From the NCBI GenBank assembly GCA_964016885.1, contig OZ024752.1, forward strand, positions 19,778,001-19,842,000: DNA of 64,000 bases. Reading direction: 5' to 3'. This DNA is from Eledone cirrhosa. Lineage: Eukaryota. The notes under the pieces are model-generated. The model had not been told where the DNA came from, searched no databases, and was given only the letters and a program-made list of their open reading frames with translations. Shown in pieces: positions 63,949-64,000 of the stretch (the first letter of the stretch is position 1; every line of letters starts with the position of its first letter). The position numbers were made by a program, and so were the translations under genes.

Positions 63949-64000
<52 letters not shown>

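Overview
AT-rich, microsatellite-saturated eukaryotic non-coding DNA. The SINE families and repeat style suggest a coleoid cephalopod such as Octopus, which is an inference. I found no supportable host protein-coding exon. Long ORFs in the track are translations of mini- or microsatellites, or decayed LINE fragments. The window contains about 30 tRNA-derived SINE copies, a 5S rRNA-derived head, and 3' fragments of RTE, CRE-like and R4/Dong-like non-LTR retrotransposons. It also holds six copies of a ~610-bp non-autonomous RTE-derived element in (TATG)n/(TA)n tracts, hAT, Tc1 and piggyBac-like MITEs, Helitron-like elements and several minisatellites. The most striking signal is about 20 type I hammerhead ribozyme (HHR) cores (CTGANGA...GAAA...TH) from several small Penelope/retrozyme-like families, mostly next to (TA)n. 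Many sit in fold-back inverted duplications whose junctions fall on ribozyme landmarks: the stem II loop, the catalytic core, or the cleavage site.
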